Below are positions 41,149-50,912 of a stretch of 64,000 nucleotides of DNA, piece by piece. How positions within the stretch are numbered: position 1 is the first letter of the stretch; each line of letters opens with the position of its first letter. The notes beneath the pieces were generated by a model. That model ran no database searches and was not told the DNA's origin. It worked only from the letters and a program-made list of their open reading frames with translations. Origin of the DNA: Candidatus Melainabacteria bacterium (GTDB taxonomy: Bacteria > Cyanobacteriota > Vampirovibrionia > Vampirovibrionales > JAJTHC01); assembly GCA_033763415.1 (NCBI GenBank), contig JANRKP010000029.1, positions 148,413 to 212,412 on the forward strand, read 5' to 3'. A program made the position numbers and the translations under genes.

Positions 41149-41246
41149 AGGGCTATTATATCGGCGAATTCAAAATCATTCTACACCAGCACGAAGGCCA
41201 ACACAGAGCAAAAACCCGCTGCAACCGGCGTTTATTTTTTGCCTTG

Positions 41247-42248
41247 CTACAACAGGTTAATATACACGGGCTTATTGGCCTGGTAATCCAGCCCAAAGTA
41301 GTCCAGCATAATAATTTCCGTACAATGGCCGGGCTTCAGGTTCACAATCAACCGATCGACCAGATGATGGATGAGAAACAGTCCCCGACCGTGAGAGTCC
41401 AACAGGCCTTCGCCACTCACGTTGCGCTCCATCCAGTACAAAATATCTTTACCGGTTAGCTTGCCACCCTGATCGATAATGGAAATACCAATACAATCCT
41501 TGGTTTCGGCATATTGCACCGTTACATACTCTGTGGGTAACAGGGCCTCAATGGGCGAACCTTTTTCGTATTTGTCTTCGCCCGCCTCATTTTTATTGGC
41601 GTGGTAAACCGCGTTGGTAATGGCCTCAATGACCGCCGTACAAAGATCATCCACATTTTTAACGCGCACCTGTTCAAAGCGCTTTCTCAGCGTATGGAAG
41701 CACGTCATAATATCTTCGCTATTTTGAATGGAAAACGTGTCAACCGAAGTCCCTTCCGGCAAATAGTTTGCCAGCCCAAAGGCAGAAGAAGGGTTTAACA
41801 GGTTGTTAATTACCGTGGAAAGCTCTTGGTAGTTAAACGGAACCGCCTTGGCAATGATGTTGAAAAAGCCCTTTTCCTTGGCGGTACGAATGTAATCTTC
41901 CACGTGGTAGGCGGTAATTAAAGCTTTTTGGGCCTGCGGCTGCACCTGCTGCGCGTAGTCCAACACGGCAAAACCATCCGGGCCCGGCAAATGAATGTCT
42001 GAAATGACCAAATCGTACAAGAGCCCGGCGTTCAGTTGGGCAAAGGCCTGGTTCCCATCGCAGCAGGCATCCACCTTGAGTTGGTAGGGCGCTTCGTGAT
42101 ATTGCTCCAGATAGTTCACCAGGCTGTCGCGAATCACCTCGTCGTCTTCGACAATCATCAACCGGTAGCAACGAACCGGCTCAGCCAGAGCCGGGGGCTC
42201 ACAGAGCGGTTTCGTATCGATTGACTGGGGAATGCGCGCCTGACTCAC
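41247..42248 (-). CDS. response-regulator receiver fused to RsbW/SpoIIAB-like anti-sigma-factor GHKL kinase domain
   Basis: REC 'MIVEDDEVIRDSL...DLVISDIHLPGPDGFAVL'. C-terminal N-box 'EAITNAVYHA', G1 'IIDQGGK' and G2 'HGRGLFLI' match the anti-sigma serine-kinase family. Confidence 0.65.
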   Translation of the reverse strand: MSQARIPQSIDTKPLCEPPALAEPVRCYRLMIVEDDEVIRDSLVNYLEQYHEAPYQLKVDACCDGNQAFAQLNAGLLYDLVISDIHLPGPDGFAVLDYAQQVQPQAQKALITAYHVEDYIRTAKEKGFFNIIAKAVPFNYQELSTVINNLLNPSSAFGLANYLPEGTSVDTFSIQNSEDIMTCFHTLRKRFEQVRVKNVDDLCTAVIEAITNAVYHANKNEAGEDKYEKGSPIEALLPTEYVTVQYAETKDCIGISIIDQGGKLTGKDILYWMERNVSGEGLLDSHGRGLFLIHHLVDRLIVNLKPGHCTEIIMLDYFGLDYQANKPVYINLL

Positions 42249-42337
42249 GTCCGTACTAAGCTCCTGCTCTATTTTGCTGTTGTTCTATTGCCTGCTTTTG
42301 CTCTATCTTGCATTACTCTATTCTTCTCTGCGTTGCT

Positions 42338-43600
42338 TTAGCCAATCCGCCTCGGTACGCTGTCTGAAGCCAAGGGCAAAGTCACGGTAAAAGTGGTTCC
42401 TTGGCCCGGTTGGCTTTCTACAGACAGGGCGCCACCGTGCATTTCCATTGTTTTATAAGAAATACTTAAGCCCAGCCCGACCCCGCCACGGCCTTTGGTG
42501 GTAAAAAACGGCTCAAAAATTTGCTCCAATACGTCGGGTGGCATGCCTTGGCCTTCATCTCTCACCAGACAGTGAACAAAGTACACGGGCTCTTTGGTTC
42601 GTTTATCGGCTACGGGACCGGAAAGCTGAAAGCCAATTTCAATATGGGGTTGTCCCTCAGAGGCTTCCGTTGCGTTTTTAAACAGGTTGTAAAACACTTG
42701 CTCCATTCGCACCCGGTCCACCTTCACCAGTAACGGGCACTCCAACGGCAACCAGCTAAACTGCGCGTTAGCAAACACGGGCTGTTGGGCAATATCGGCC
42801 ACAAATTTTTGCAGAAACTCTCCCCAATCCACCGGTTCCAGGGTCATTCTGGCTGGCTTGGCATAGTCCATTAAGTCTCTCACCAGCACGGTGGCTCTGC
42901 GGGTGGCGTCTGTGGCACGGTTCATTTCTTGTCCAATGACGCTAAACATCTCTTCCAGGTTCCGACAAAACGGATCGTCGAGACCGATTTGTTCTGCAAT
43001 GTGCTTATGGGTCTTGGCCAACTTCATTTTTGCCAATTCCACACTCATGGAAATACCAATGACCGGATTGTTTAACTCGTGCGCCACGCCGGTAATCATG
43101 GCCCCCATGGCCGCCAGCTTTTTAGACTGAAACAACTCGTCTTTAATCCGCTCGGCCTGCTGACGATCCAGCAAGACCTGGGTAATGTCGGAAAAGATAA
43201 AAAACTTCACCTGCCCCATTTCGGGCAGGTGCCGAATGGTGAGCGAAAAACCAAACGTGACCGGGCGCGGGCTGGCCAGCTCCACCACAGAAGGCTCTGA
43301 TGACGGGTTTTCGACGAGCGACATCTCTACCGGTGATGGCGGAAGCAACAGTTCTATTTGAGAGCGTGCGATGGTTTCTTGAGTCGTGGCAATGAGGGTG
43401 GCTAACGGCTGTAAATAGGGCGGAAACGCCTCCAAACGCTCAAACGGTTGCATTGCTTCCGTGCCCAACAAGGCGTACGCCTTCTGGTTCATGTGCAACA
43501 GGTCTCCTGCCGCATTCACCATCATCAAGGCGGAAGGCAACTCATCCAGCACCGTGGTCATCCAGTGGGTTGCCAGCGATCGAGGCGCGCCCGACGTCAT
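42338..43600 (-). CDS. sensor histidine kinase (PAS-like N-domain, HisKA, HATPase_c), cytoplasmic
   Basis: H-box 'VAHELNNPV', N-box 'NLFKNATEA' and G-boxes 'DEGQGM...GGVGLGLSIS'. The start is trimmed to the ATGA overlap with the upstream gene at 43597..43600. Confidence 0.82.
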   Translation of the reverse strand: MTSGAPRSLATHWMTTVLDELPSALMMVNAAGDLLHMNQKAYALLGTEAMQPFERLEAFPPYLQPLATLIATTQETIARSQIELLLPPSPVEMSLVENPSSEPSVVELASPRPVTFGFSLTIRHLPEMGQVKFFIFSDITQVLLDRQQAERIKDELFQSKKLAAMGAMITGVAHELNNPVIGISMSVELAKMKLAKTHKHIAEQIGLDDPFCRNLEEMFSVIGQEMNRATDATRRATVLVRDLMDYAKPARMTLEPVDWGEFLQKFVADIAQQPVFANAQFSWLPLECPLLVKVDRVRMEQVFYNLFKNATEASEGQPHIEIGFQLSGPVADKRTKEPVYFVHCLVRDEGQGMPPDVLEQIFEPFFTTKGRGGVGLGLSISYKTMEMHGGALSVESQPGQGTTFTVTLPLASDSVPRRIG

Positions 43601-44562
43601 TGCGGCAAATCCTCCGACACGGGAGCAGGCGCTATTGCTGAAGCTGCTGCTGTTTGTTGCTCGGCAGAATGGGGGACCCACGCCTGCACAACGGTTGACT
43701 GCATTGCTAACTCTCCCACCAGTGTTCCGGCAACCCAATAGCCTAAAGCAAATGCAGAACCTGGCTCGCTATCTGACGAATTAACCCATTCACTGGCCGA
43801 TTGTTGACGACGCGAACGGTTTTCCAGCCGAACAAGATACCGCTCGGATGGATGGCACCAGAGCCCCCCCTGAGCATCCACAACAATCGACTGGTACAAT
43901 GCCGGTATCACCCGATCATACACCCAGAGGAGCCGAATGTGATCCACCGGACGTTGGGCTTTTTGAGCCAACGCCTGTTGAAAGCGTATTTTTTGCCGCG
44001 CCCCAAACCGATGCAATGGCAAGGGTCGCCTGAGTAAAGGGAGCTGATCGAAGCGGGCAGGAACGGGCCTTACCAGTGCACGAATACGCCCAAAGAGCCG
44101 TTGCAACACCTTCGGGGCAGACACCTTGGGCACTTCCCACGCCCAACTGGTAACAGCAGGCTGAACCACGGCCCAGCTTTTTGTATGCACGTCTTCCAGC
44201 GGAGACAGGCACGCCCCCTCCACTTGCAGGGTCATCTGGGTAATGGGCACCGCCTGCGTGTTTGCTACCGGAGGACAAGGTGGCTCTGAAAGGACTTGCA
44301 GCAATTCCAGGTCCGGCATTGGCGCCAAAAGAACCACCGCTGCACAGTCCATTGGAACACATTTTATTTCTGCCAAAGGCTCCTGGGAAGGGTTTAATGC
44401 CGATTTTACCAGCGGTTGCCACTGCGGAATCACCATACCATAGTTGTCGCAATCGGCAGACAGGATAAAGTACGTGAGATTCGGTTTAATTTCCAAGGGA
44501 ACCGTAAACAGGGCCACCTGCTTAAACGCCATTGCCAGCGTTTTCTTTAAGTCTTCCAGCAT
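43597..44562 (-). CDS. hypothetical protein (321 aa) in fliA operon
   Basis: ORF, translationally coupled to the downstream kinase. Confidence 0.4.
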   Translation of the reverse strand: MLEDLKKTLAMAFKQVALFTVPLEIKPNLTYFILSADCDNYGMVIPQWQPLVKSALNPSQEPLAEIKCVPMDCAAVVLLAPMPDLELLQVLSEPPCPPVANTQAVPITQMTLQVEGACLSPLEDVHTKSWAVVQPAVTSWAWEVPKVSAPKVLQRLFGRIRALVRPVPARFDQLPLLRRPLPLHRFGARQKIRFQQALAQKAQRPVDHIRLLWVYDRVIPALYQSIVVDAQGGLWCHPSERYLVRLENRSRRQQSASEWVNSSDSEPGSAFALGYWVAGTLVGELAMQSTVVQAWVPHSAEQQTAAASAIAPAPVSEDLPQ

Positions 44563-44571
44563 AATCCAAAA

Positions 44572-45246
44572 TCACGTGCGGGCTGGCGTGGGCTGTAACA
44601 GGCCAGATTCCTTACAAATGGTTTCCAGCGCACGCTCCACCCGCCCCATCGGCTCGTAAACATCCATAGCACTGCCCAGTTCCACCAACAGCCAGGCTTT
44701 TTCAACCAAGGCGCTACGCCCACCAGCCAGCACCTCTTCCGGCTGTTTTTCCGCAACAGCCGCGGCGTTGGCCGCCTCCGTGTGTGGTTCTGCGGTTTTA
44801 CTGCCAGCAACCGGGTTACGAACCAACGCCTGTTGCACCCGAACCGGGCTGGACTCCGCACTGGTTTGCAACAAACACTCCGCCTCAGAAAGATCCTGGA
44901 AACTGCCCGCCACCCCCAAGGGTGCGGCCTTGGTTTCACTAATCCGTAAAATACTGTAGCCCTTGGCCGGGTAGTCCAACAGCAAGTCATCCTGCACCAA
45001 CAGCAGTTGGAACTGGGTTTCCAGGCTTTTAATGAGGGTTTCCTGAATGACTTCTCGCTTAATGTACTGCGGCAGCACCTTGCCGTATAAAATCTGCTGT
45101 ATTTTAGAAGGCTGGATCGGTTCCGTGTAGCGAAACTCCACTGGCAAGCCCCGACTATCGGTTACCATGGCCCCACCCACGTACACGTTGGGCATGGGCG
45201 AGATAATGAGCAGGTACGCCAGGCGACTACTTTGTGGTGACTTCAC
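44572..45246 (-). CDS. hypothetical protein (224 aa) in fliA operon
   Basis: ORF, 9 nt upstream of the next gene and 31 nt downstream of fliA. Confidence 0.4.
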   Translation of the reverse strand: MKSPQSSRLAYLLIISPMPNVYVGGAMVTDSRGLPVEFRYTEPIQPSKIQQILYGKVLPQYIKREVIQETLIKSLETQFQLLLVQDDLLLDYPAKGYSILRISETKAAPLGVAGSFQDLSEAECLLQTSAESSPVRVQQALVRNPVAGSKTAEPHTEAANAAAVAEKQPEEVLAGGRSALVEKAWLLVELGSAMDVYEPMGRVERALETICKESGLLQPTPART

Positions 45247-45277
45247 CCCCCTGAGCCCTCCTATGATCGTGTGCGTT

Positions 45278-46117
45278 TTATTGGCTTAATTTGTTGCGCA
45301 AGCGCAAAATGGCCTGGGCATGGAGCTGGCACACCCGCGATTCGGAGACGCTAATTACTTCGCCAATCTCTTTCAGCGTCATATTTTCGTGGTAGTACAG
45401 CGCAATTAGCAGTTTTTCGCGCTCCGGCAAGGAGGCAATGGCCTCTGCCAGGCGACGACGCAGATCGCCAGCCTCAAACTCGCCTTGGGGATCCGGGCTG
45501 TTCTTGTCCATTACCGTATCCATCAGCGACAGCGAGCCACCACCGGAATCGTCCGAGCCCCAACTGTCATCCAAGGAAAGTACCAGGTTACTGCTTTCGG
45601 CCAGCATGGTTTGCACTTTGGCCTTGGTAATGCCCAACTCTTTGGCCAAGTCATCATCGGTGGGGGCACGGCCCAGTTTTTCTTCCAACCGTGCATAGGC
45701 TTCATTCAGGTCGCGGCTGCGCTTGCGCACCCCTCGCGGAATCCAATCCTGCAAACGTAACTGATCAATAATGGCGCCACGAATCCGGGTCACGGCATAG
45801 GTTTCAAACTTCAGGCCGCGATCCGGGTCAAAGCGTTCCACCGCCTCCATCAGCCCAATCGTGCCATAGCTAATCAGATCCTCAGGGCCAATACTCACCG
45901 GTAGCGTAACCGGCAAACGACTGACCACGTAGCGCACCAAGTGCAGATAGTGCAAAATGAGCTGCTCTCGAATTTGCGCATTGCCCTGGCTGGATTTGTA
46001 CTTCTTCCAGAGGGCTAAAATCTCTTCTGCCTTGCCATTGGACGCACTTCGGGCTGGTTTCTCAACCTTACCACCGGGCGTTGATAGCTTGGGAATGGAG
46101 CGCTTGACTTCAGACAT
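45278..46117 (-). CDS. fliA: RNA polymerase sigma-28 factor (FliA/WhiG/SigD family)
   Basis: Region 2 'YAVTRIRGAIIDQLRLQDWIPRGVRKR' and region 4 'LPEREKLLIALYYHENMTLKEIGEVISVSESRVCQLHAQAILRLRNKL' align closely with FliA from enteric bacteria. Confidence 0.85.
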   Translation of the reverse strand: MSEVKRSIPKLSTPGGKVEKPARSASNGKAEEILALWKKYKSSQGNAQIREQLILHYLHLVRYVVSRLPVTLPVSIGPEDLISYGTIGLMEAVERFDPDRGLKFETYAVTRIRGAIIDQLRLQDWIPRGVRKRSRDLNEAYARLEEKLGRAPTDDDLAKELGITKAKVQTMLAESSNLVLSLDDSWGSDDSGGGSLSLMDTVMDKNSPDPQGEFEAGDLRRRLAEAIASLPEREKLLIALYYHENMTLKEIGEVISVSESRVCQLHAQAILRLRNKLSQ

Positions 46118-46554
46118 ATCGAGGCGTCACTGGCTACCTACAACTGACTCTATGACCGGGCACAACGGCAAACAGCTAAACTGCACCCTGCTTCGTACGC
46201 GTTTGTACAGGTCGCTAAATATTTCCTCAGGGATCCGGGCTTACCTCTGCCTGCACCATGCCCCAATAACCCAGGAGGTTAAACCGGCCGTTTTGCAAAA
46301 CAAACTACCAGACCCTATGCTTCGTTATTGTAGAAAGCTTGCCCAGTCCACCAACTCCCCACAACAAGGGATTTTTTCATTTCCCCCCAAAACACAGAGC
46401 GTCTGGAGGAGAAGCCGCCTTGGCTATGGGCCATTTACTAGCAATTTAAAACCAAGACTGTTTTTTTAAGTACCTTGCCCGCATACAAAGCCGCAACAGG
46501 CAAACTCTGATTCTCTATCTAGCAACAGGACCCCCCTTAAGGAATTCACCACGC

Positions 46555-47496
46555 ATGTCCTTGCCATTCGCCCCCTACCCACGCCCCCTCATCACTCCCC
46601 CTGCCAATCCTCAACACCTTCAGGTAACTCCATTGCGCTGGAAAGGACTACCAGAGCAGACCGAGCCACATTTTCGTCCTATGACAGAGCACATTGATAC
46701 TCGTTTTTACGACAGTCAAGAGCCCTTCCACGCCGGATGGCAAAAGGCCATGGAGTGGATAACAACCGATATCACCGCTATGGCAAACAACCTTCAGCCC
46801 TTACCGTTAAAAATACTGGAAATGGGTCCGTTCCAAGGAAATTCTACACAAGTGTTGGCCAATGGTTTAGCACAATGGCAAAATCAAAGCCCCTCCAACC
46901 GTCAATGGCAATTAACAACCGTTGAATATGATTCAACAGCCATTCCTCAGCTAAGCGAAAGATTTAAGAACGAGCCTGCAGTTGTAACGGTAAATCAAAG
47001 CATTTTGGAATACATTCCACAAACGAAACAACAGGCATTTACAGCCACTTTTGCACTCACTCATCTTCCCAAAGCGCAGAGAAAACAACTGTTTGAGCAC
47101 CTTAAACAACACGTTCTAACCCCTGTGGGAACGCTCTATATTGCAGAGGAATGCTTCGCAGAGCACAATGAGCAAGCCCCTTTAGCCCATCAGTGGGCAG
47201 CCATCAAGCATCATTTTAATGTCATTGCAGACGCACTCTTCCACAAGCGTTTTCAGCTTGCTTTTATGGAGTATCAGGCTTACCGCTCGGACGGGCAAGG
47301 GGACTTTAAAACCACGGTTTCCAAAATGATTGACGAGTTAGAACAGGCTGGATTTTCAGTAGAAACTCGTAAAATGTATCCACTCAAACAAAACCAGGCC
47401 GGACAACACGACATTGCGCCCTTTGGTTACGAGCATTCTGGGGGCGTATACGTATTTAAGGCTTGCTTACAACAACCAAGCAAACCAGAGCATTAA
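46555..47496 (+). CDS. putative SAM-dependent methyltransferase
   Basis: Motif I-like 'ILEMGPFQG' and post-II-like 'VGTLYIAEE'. Weak. Confidence 0.35.
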   Translation: MSLPFAPYPRPLITPPANPQHLQVTPLRWKGLPEQTEPHFRPMTEHIDTRFYDSQEPFHAGWQKAMEWITTDITAMANNLQPLPLKILEMGPFQGNSTQVLANGLAQWQNQSPSNRQWQLTTVEYDSTAIPQLSERFKNEPAVVTVNQSILEYIPQTKQQAFTATFALTHLPKAQRKQLFEHLKQHVLTPVGTLYIAEECFAEHNEQAPLAHQWAAIKHHFNVIADALFHKRFQLAFMEYQAYRSDGQGDFKTTVSKMIDELEQAGFSVETRKMYPLKQNQAGQHDIAPFGYEHSGGVYVFKACLQQPSKPEH

Positions 47497-48614
47497 GCTG
47501 GCAAGCGTTCGCCCGTATCGGGATGGAACCACAATAAATGTTGGGCGTTTAGCGCAAACCAAACCGTTTCTCCCGCCGCAACCGGCTTCCACTCAGCAGA
47601 AACCCTGGCCACCAGTGGAACACCGGACAGCCCGCCACCCGATGGCAGCGCGCCATAGACCAATTGCTCGCTTCCCAACAGTTCCACACGCTCTAGTAGC
47701 AATGGCAGCTTTAAACAGCCCGGCGCCAAGCCCTCCTGGCCAGAATGTTCCGAGCATTCTGGGACAAGCGGCGTCAACTGCTCAGGCCGAAAACCAACCT
47801 CCACCGGCACACCGCTGGATTGAGACAACCCCGTCGGCCAGCGGAGCGTACCCGTTGCATCGGTAAACAAGCCATCCGCCTGAATATCGCCAGAAATCAA
47901 ATTGATCGTACCCATAAACTGGGCCACAAACCGATTGCTTGGCTGCTGGTAAACTACCAAAGGCCGATCCACCTCTTGAACCACACCCTGGTTTAGCACC
48001 ACAATCCGGTCGCCCAGGGTCATGGCTTCCGTTTGATCATGGGTAACATAAATGGTGGTGGCCTTTAAGCGTTGGTGCAAACGGGCAATTTCCACCCGCA
48101 TATGCTGCCGCAGCCGCGCATCCAGGTTGGAAAGCGGCTCATCCATTAAAAACACTTTGGGATTTCGCACAATGGCGCGCCCCAGGGCTACCCGTTGGCG
48201 CTGCCCCCCAGAAAGCTGCTTGGGCTTACGCGTGAGCAAAGATTCCAACTCTAAAATTTTCGCAGCTTCTTCCACCCGCTGACGAATTTGTGTCTTGGGG
48301 GTTCGGCGCATTTTAAGCCCAAACGCCATGTTGTCAAACACGCTCATATGCGGGTACAGCGCATAGTTCTGAAACACCATCGCAATATCGCGGTCTTTGG
48401 GATGAACCTCGTTCACCACACGACCATCAATGGCAATAGTGCCCTCTGTTGGCGATTCCAGGCCAGCCAGCAGGCGCAGCAGCGTGCTTTTTCCGCAACC
48501 ACTGGGCCCCACCAGCACCAGAAACTCCTGGTCCTGAACGGTCACATCAATGTGGCGCAGTACGGACTGACTGCCAAACGCCTTGCTGATTTGCCTGAAA
48601 ACAACTTCTGCCAT
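47493..48614 (-). CDS. ABC transporter ATP-binding protein (MalK/UgpC family, with C-terminal TOBE-like domain)
   Basis: Walker A 'GPSGCGKST', signature 'LSGGQRQRVALGRA', Walker B 'FLMDEPLSNLD'. The start is trimmed to MAEVVFRQ. Confidence 0.9.
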   Translation of the reverse strand: MAEVVFRQISKAFGSQSVLRHIDVTVQDQEFLVLVGPSGCGKSTLLRLLAGLESPTEGTIAIDGRVVNEVHPKDRDIAMVFQNYALYPHMSVFDNMAFGLKMRRTPKTQIRQRVEEAAKILELESLLTRKPKQLSGGQRQRVALGRAIVRNPKVFLMDEPLSNLDARLRQHMRVEIARLHQRLKATTIYVTHDQTEAMTLGDRIVVLNQGVVQEVDRPLVVYQQPSNRFVAQFMGTINLISGDIQADGLFTDATGTLRWPTGLSQSSGVPVEVGFRPEQLTPLVPECSEHSGQEGLAPGCLKLPLLLERVELLGSEQLVYGALPSGGGLSGVPLVARVSAEWKPVAAGETVWFALNAQHLLWFHPDTGERLPA

Positions 48615-48731
48615 GGCCACTATTATGGCGGCCTCGGCCTGTTTTGACAAATGCCTCTTTCCCTAGCACCCAGGCCTCCGGCGCGGTGCCAACTTTTTAA
48701 CCGTAACCCCTCACGAAATAAATGCCTGACG

Positions 48732-49037
48732 TTACGGCGCCACGACGGTTTGAATCACCGTTGTCGGCAACCACTGCACCGAACTGACCATGCGCTTGGC
48801 GGGTAAATGCATTGCCACTACCGGCGCGGGTTGTGGCTGCGGCAACCACTGTAACCAAACACCGGCCAACCAGTCGCCATCTAAACGACCGGCCTGATCC
48901 TGCTGGGCCAAAGCATAAATAGCCATAACACTGACGATTAGGAAGCTAAACAAAGTAACGTCAAACAACGTTCTAATCCCACCCATCGATGGTTTTCCTC
49001 CGAACGTGCCTTGTGTGTGTCCCCGAACAATCCCCAA
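48732..49037 (-). CDS. hypothetical small membrane protein
   Basis: ORF with one TM helix. Confidence 0.3.
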   Translation of the reverse strand: MGIVRGHTQGTFGGKPSMGGIRTLFDVTLFSFLIVSVMAIYALAQQDQAGRLDGDWLAGVWLQWLPQPQPAPVVAMHLPAKRMVSSVQWLPTTVIQTVVAP

Positions 49038-49197
49038 GAAAATGAGAAATAGTGCTACAGCCAGTATAGTTTGTTTCTAAAGTCGTCGCAAGGGAGACAG
49101 CAACATTACTTAATCTTTTATTTATATTTCAGAACCCACCTCGGTTAAAAAAGTAACCGCCCGCCGCAGCCCATTCGGGTTGGTAGGGGTTGCATTA

Positions 49198-49515
49198 TTA
49201 TTTATCCATCTCCACCCAAGTGAGCCAGGGAATAGGAATAATTGGGGTTGGACGCCACTGGGTCACCAACTTGTATTGACGACGGCCGTCTTCGTATTGG
49301 TGCGCCGATCCATTAGGTGCTTTTTGGATATCCCGAAACTCGCGTAAACGTTGCACGGCCTCACGTTCCGCCTGAGCTTTCCCTTCTGGTACCAGGCTAA
49401 ACCAGTTTAAATCGTAACTGGCCGAACGATCGTGCTGAAGATTTTCGACCCTCGTCCAGGATAACGGTCCTGTAAACCGTGGAGAAGGGGTCTGAAATGA
49501 ACCCAGAATCGGCAT
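49198..49515 (-). CDS. hypothetical protein (105 aa)
   Basis: ORF, with AT-rich DNA downstream. Confidence 0.35.
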   Translation of the reverse strand: MPILGSFQTPSPRFTGPLSWTRVENLQHDRSASYDLNWFSLVPEGKAQAEREAVQRLREFRDIQKAPNGSAHQYEDGRRQYKLVTQWRPTPIIPIPWLTWVEMDK

Positions 49516-49631
49516 TTGTTACTTTCCTCAACCAACCTTGAAAATGGGTAAACAATATTTTGGCGTAACGCGTACCACGCACTTTGCCGAAACCATGGTA
49601 TTAAGCCCGTATTGAATGTCAACACACACAC

Positions 49632-50114
49632 CTAGTTGGCATGCGCCTTTAATAACGGATACAGGGCTTGCAGGGCCAACAGGTAACTATTTACCCCAAA
49701 GCCTGCTATAACGCCCACCGCCACCGGGCTAATGTAGGAGTGTTGACGAAAGGCTTCTCGTTTAAAAACCTGGCTCACGTGGACTTCAATGATCGGCTTT
49801 TTGTAGTCTAACAACGTATCGTGCAAGGCAATACTGGTATGCGTATACGCACCTGCATTAATAATTAACCCATCTGTGTTGTGGCGGGCCGCCTGAATGT
49901 CATCAATCAAAACGCCTTCGTGGTTGCTTTGGCGACAATGAACATCGACATCGCCCAAGGATTCCGCCACTTCTTGCAGTTGCTTTTCCACCTCGGCCAG
50001 CGTCTCTTTCCCGTAAAGACGGGCATCTCGTTCCCCCAACAAGTTGAGGTTGGGACCATTGAGCACCAACACCTGGTATTTCTTATGCCGGTGGGACTGA
50101 AGCTGCGTGACCAT
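49632..50114 (-). CDS. aroQ: 3-dehydroquinate dehydratase, type II
   Basis: 'VLVLNGPNLNLLGERD...HCRQSNHEG...INAGAYTHTSIALHD' covers the type II DHQase motifs. The start is trimmed to MVTQLQ. Confidence 0.88.
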   Translation of the reverse strand: MVTQLQSHRHKKYQVLVLNGPNLNLLGERDARLYGKETLAEVEKQLQEVAESLGDVDVHCRQSNHEGVLIDDIQAARHNTDGLIINAGAYTHTSIALHDTLLDYKKPIIEVHVSQVFKREAFRQHSYISPVAVGVIAGFGVNSYLLALQALYPLLKAHAN

Positions 50115-50343
50115 AACTTGACGACTCTCCTGCTCTGTATTGGCACGGCGCTGCACCGTTTTTAACACACAGCCCAAGCACTGCGCAATGCAAAACATTT
50201 TGCAGAGCCACCTTTGACGCACGCCAAGGCTTGACTTAAAGGGCCATTTCTTCTATTCCAAAGGGAGACCCAAGAAACGTCTTCGTTCCTGATGACGCCC
50301 CACAAACTGTAGGTTAAACCCATCATTCAACAAAGGATACGCC

Positions 50344-50760
50344 ATGAATCGCTTTGCACTGAACACCGGACTTTTTTTAGCGGGCTGTGCGGTTAGCGCC
50401 ACTGTTGGCGCCACCGTTCCCAACCTGGCGCAGGCAAAACCCATTTCCCCCGCACAAAGCCAAGCGTTAACCCACCCGACCACTGGACTCCAAAACAAAG
50501 GCACGCAGGAGTTTCACGGCATTCAATACACCCTCTTGGAAGGCAAAAGCATCATGAACGGCGATCTCCAAACGCTGGGCGTGCTGCAACACCGTGGCTT
50601 CACCACCTCGTTAAACCGGGGTAAAACCCCAACCCAAGCCCTACAAGCTTTAAAAAACGAAGGAAAGATCCACAACCAACAAAAAATTGTGGTTTACGAT
50701 CTCAAGCCCACCAATGGCGCTTCGGGCGCCCCACAAACCACCATTGTGGCCTGGCAGTAG
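50344..50760 (+). CDS. hypothetical lipoprotein
   Basis: Signal peptide plus lipobox 'FLAGCAV'. Confidence 0.4.
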   Translation: MNRFALNTGLFLAGCAVSATVGATVPNLAQAKPISPAQSQALTHPTTGLQNKGTQEFHGIQYTLLEGKSIMNGDLQTLGVLQHRGFTTSLNRGKTPTQALQALKNEGKIHNQQKIVVYDLKPTNGASGAPQTTIVAWQ

Positions 50761-50912
50761 CAGTACAGAAAGGACAATGGGCAGCTGCAAACAGCAGCGT
50801 CTGTCCTCTCTAAAAGGGTACGCATTTTTCAACCCGGCTTGGGTTTTTTATGGGTTATAGCAGCCCCGTAAACACTGGACGGCAAAATAGTAACGACCCA
50901 TGAGAACAACCC

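Noticed and set aside
49198-49515. Whether the 105-aa ORF is a RuBisCO small subunit or Ndh subunit (a cyanobacterial-type marker)
   Set aside because: The sequence lacks the conserved RbcS or NdhM blocks I could recall. It is left as hypothetical.
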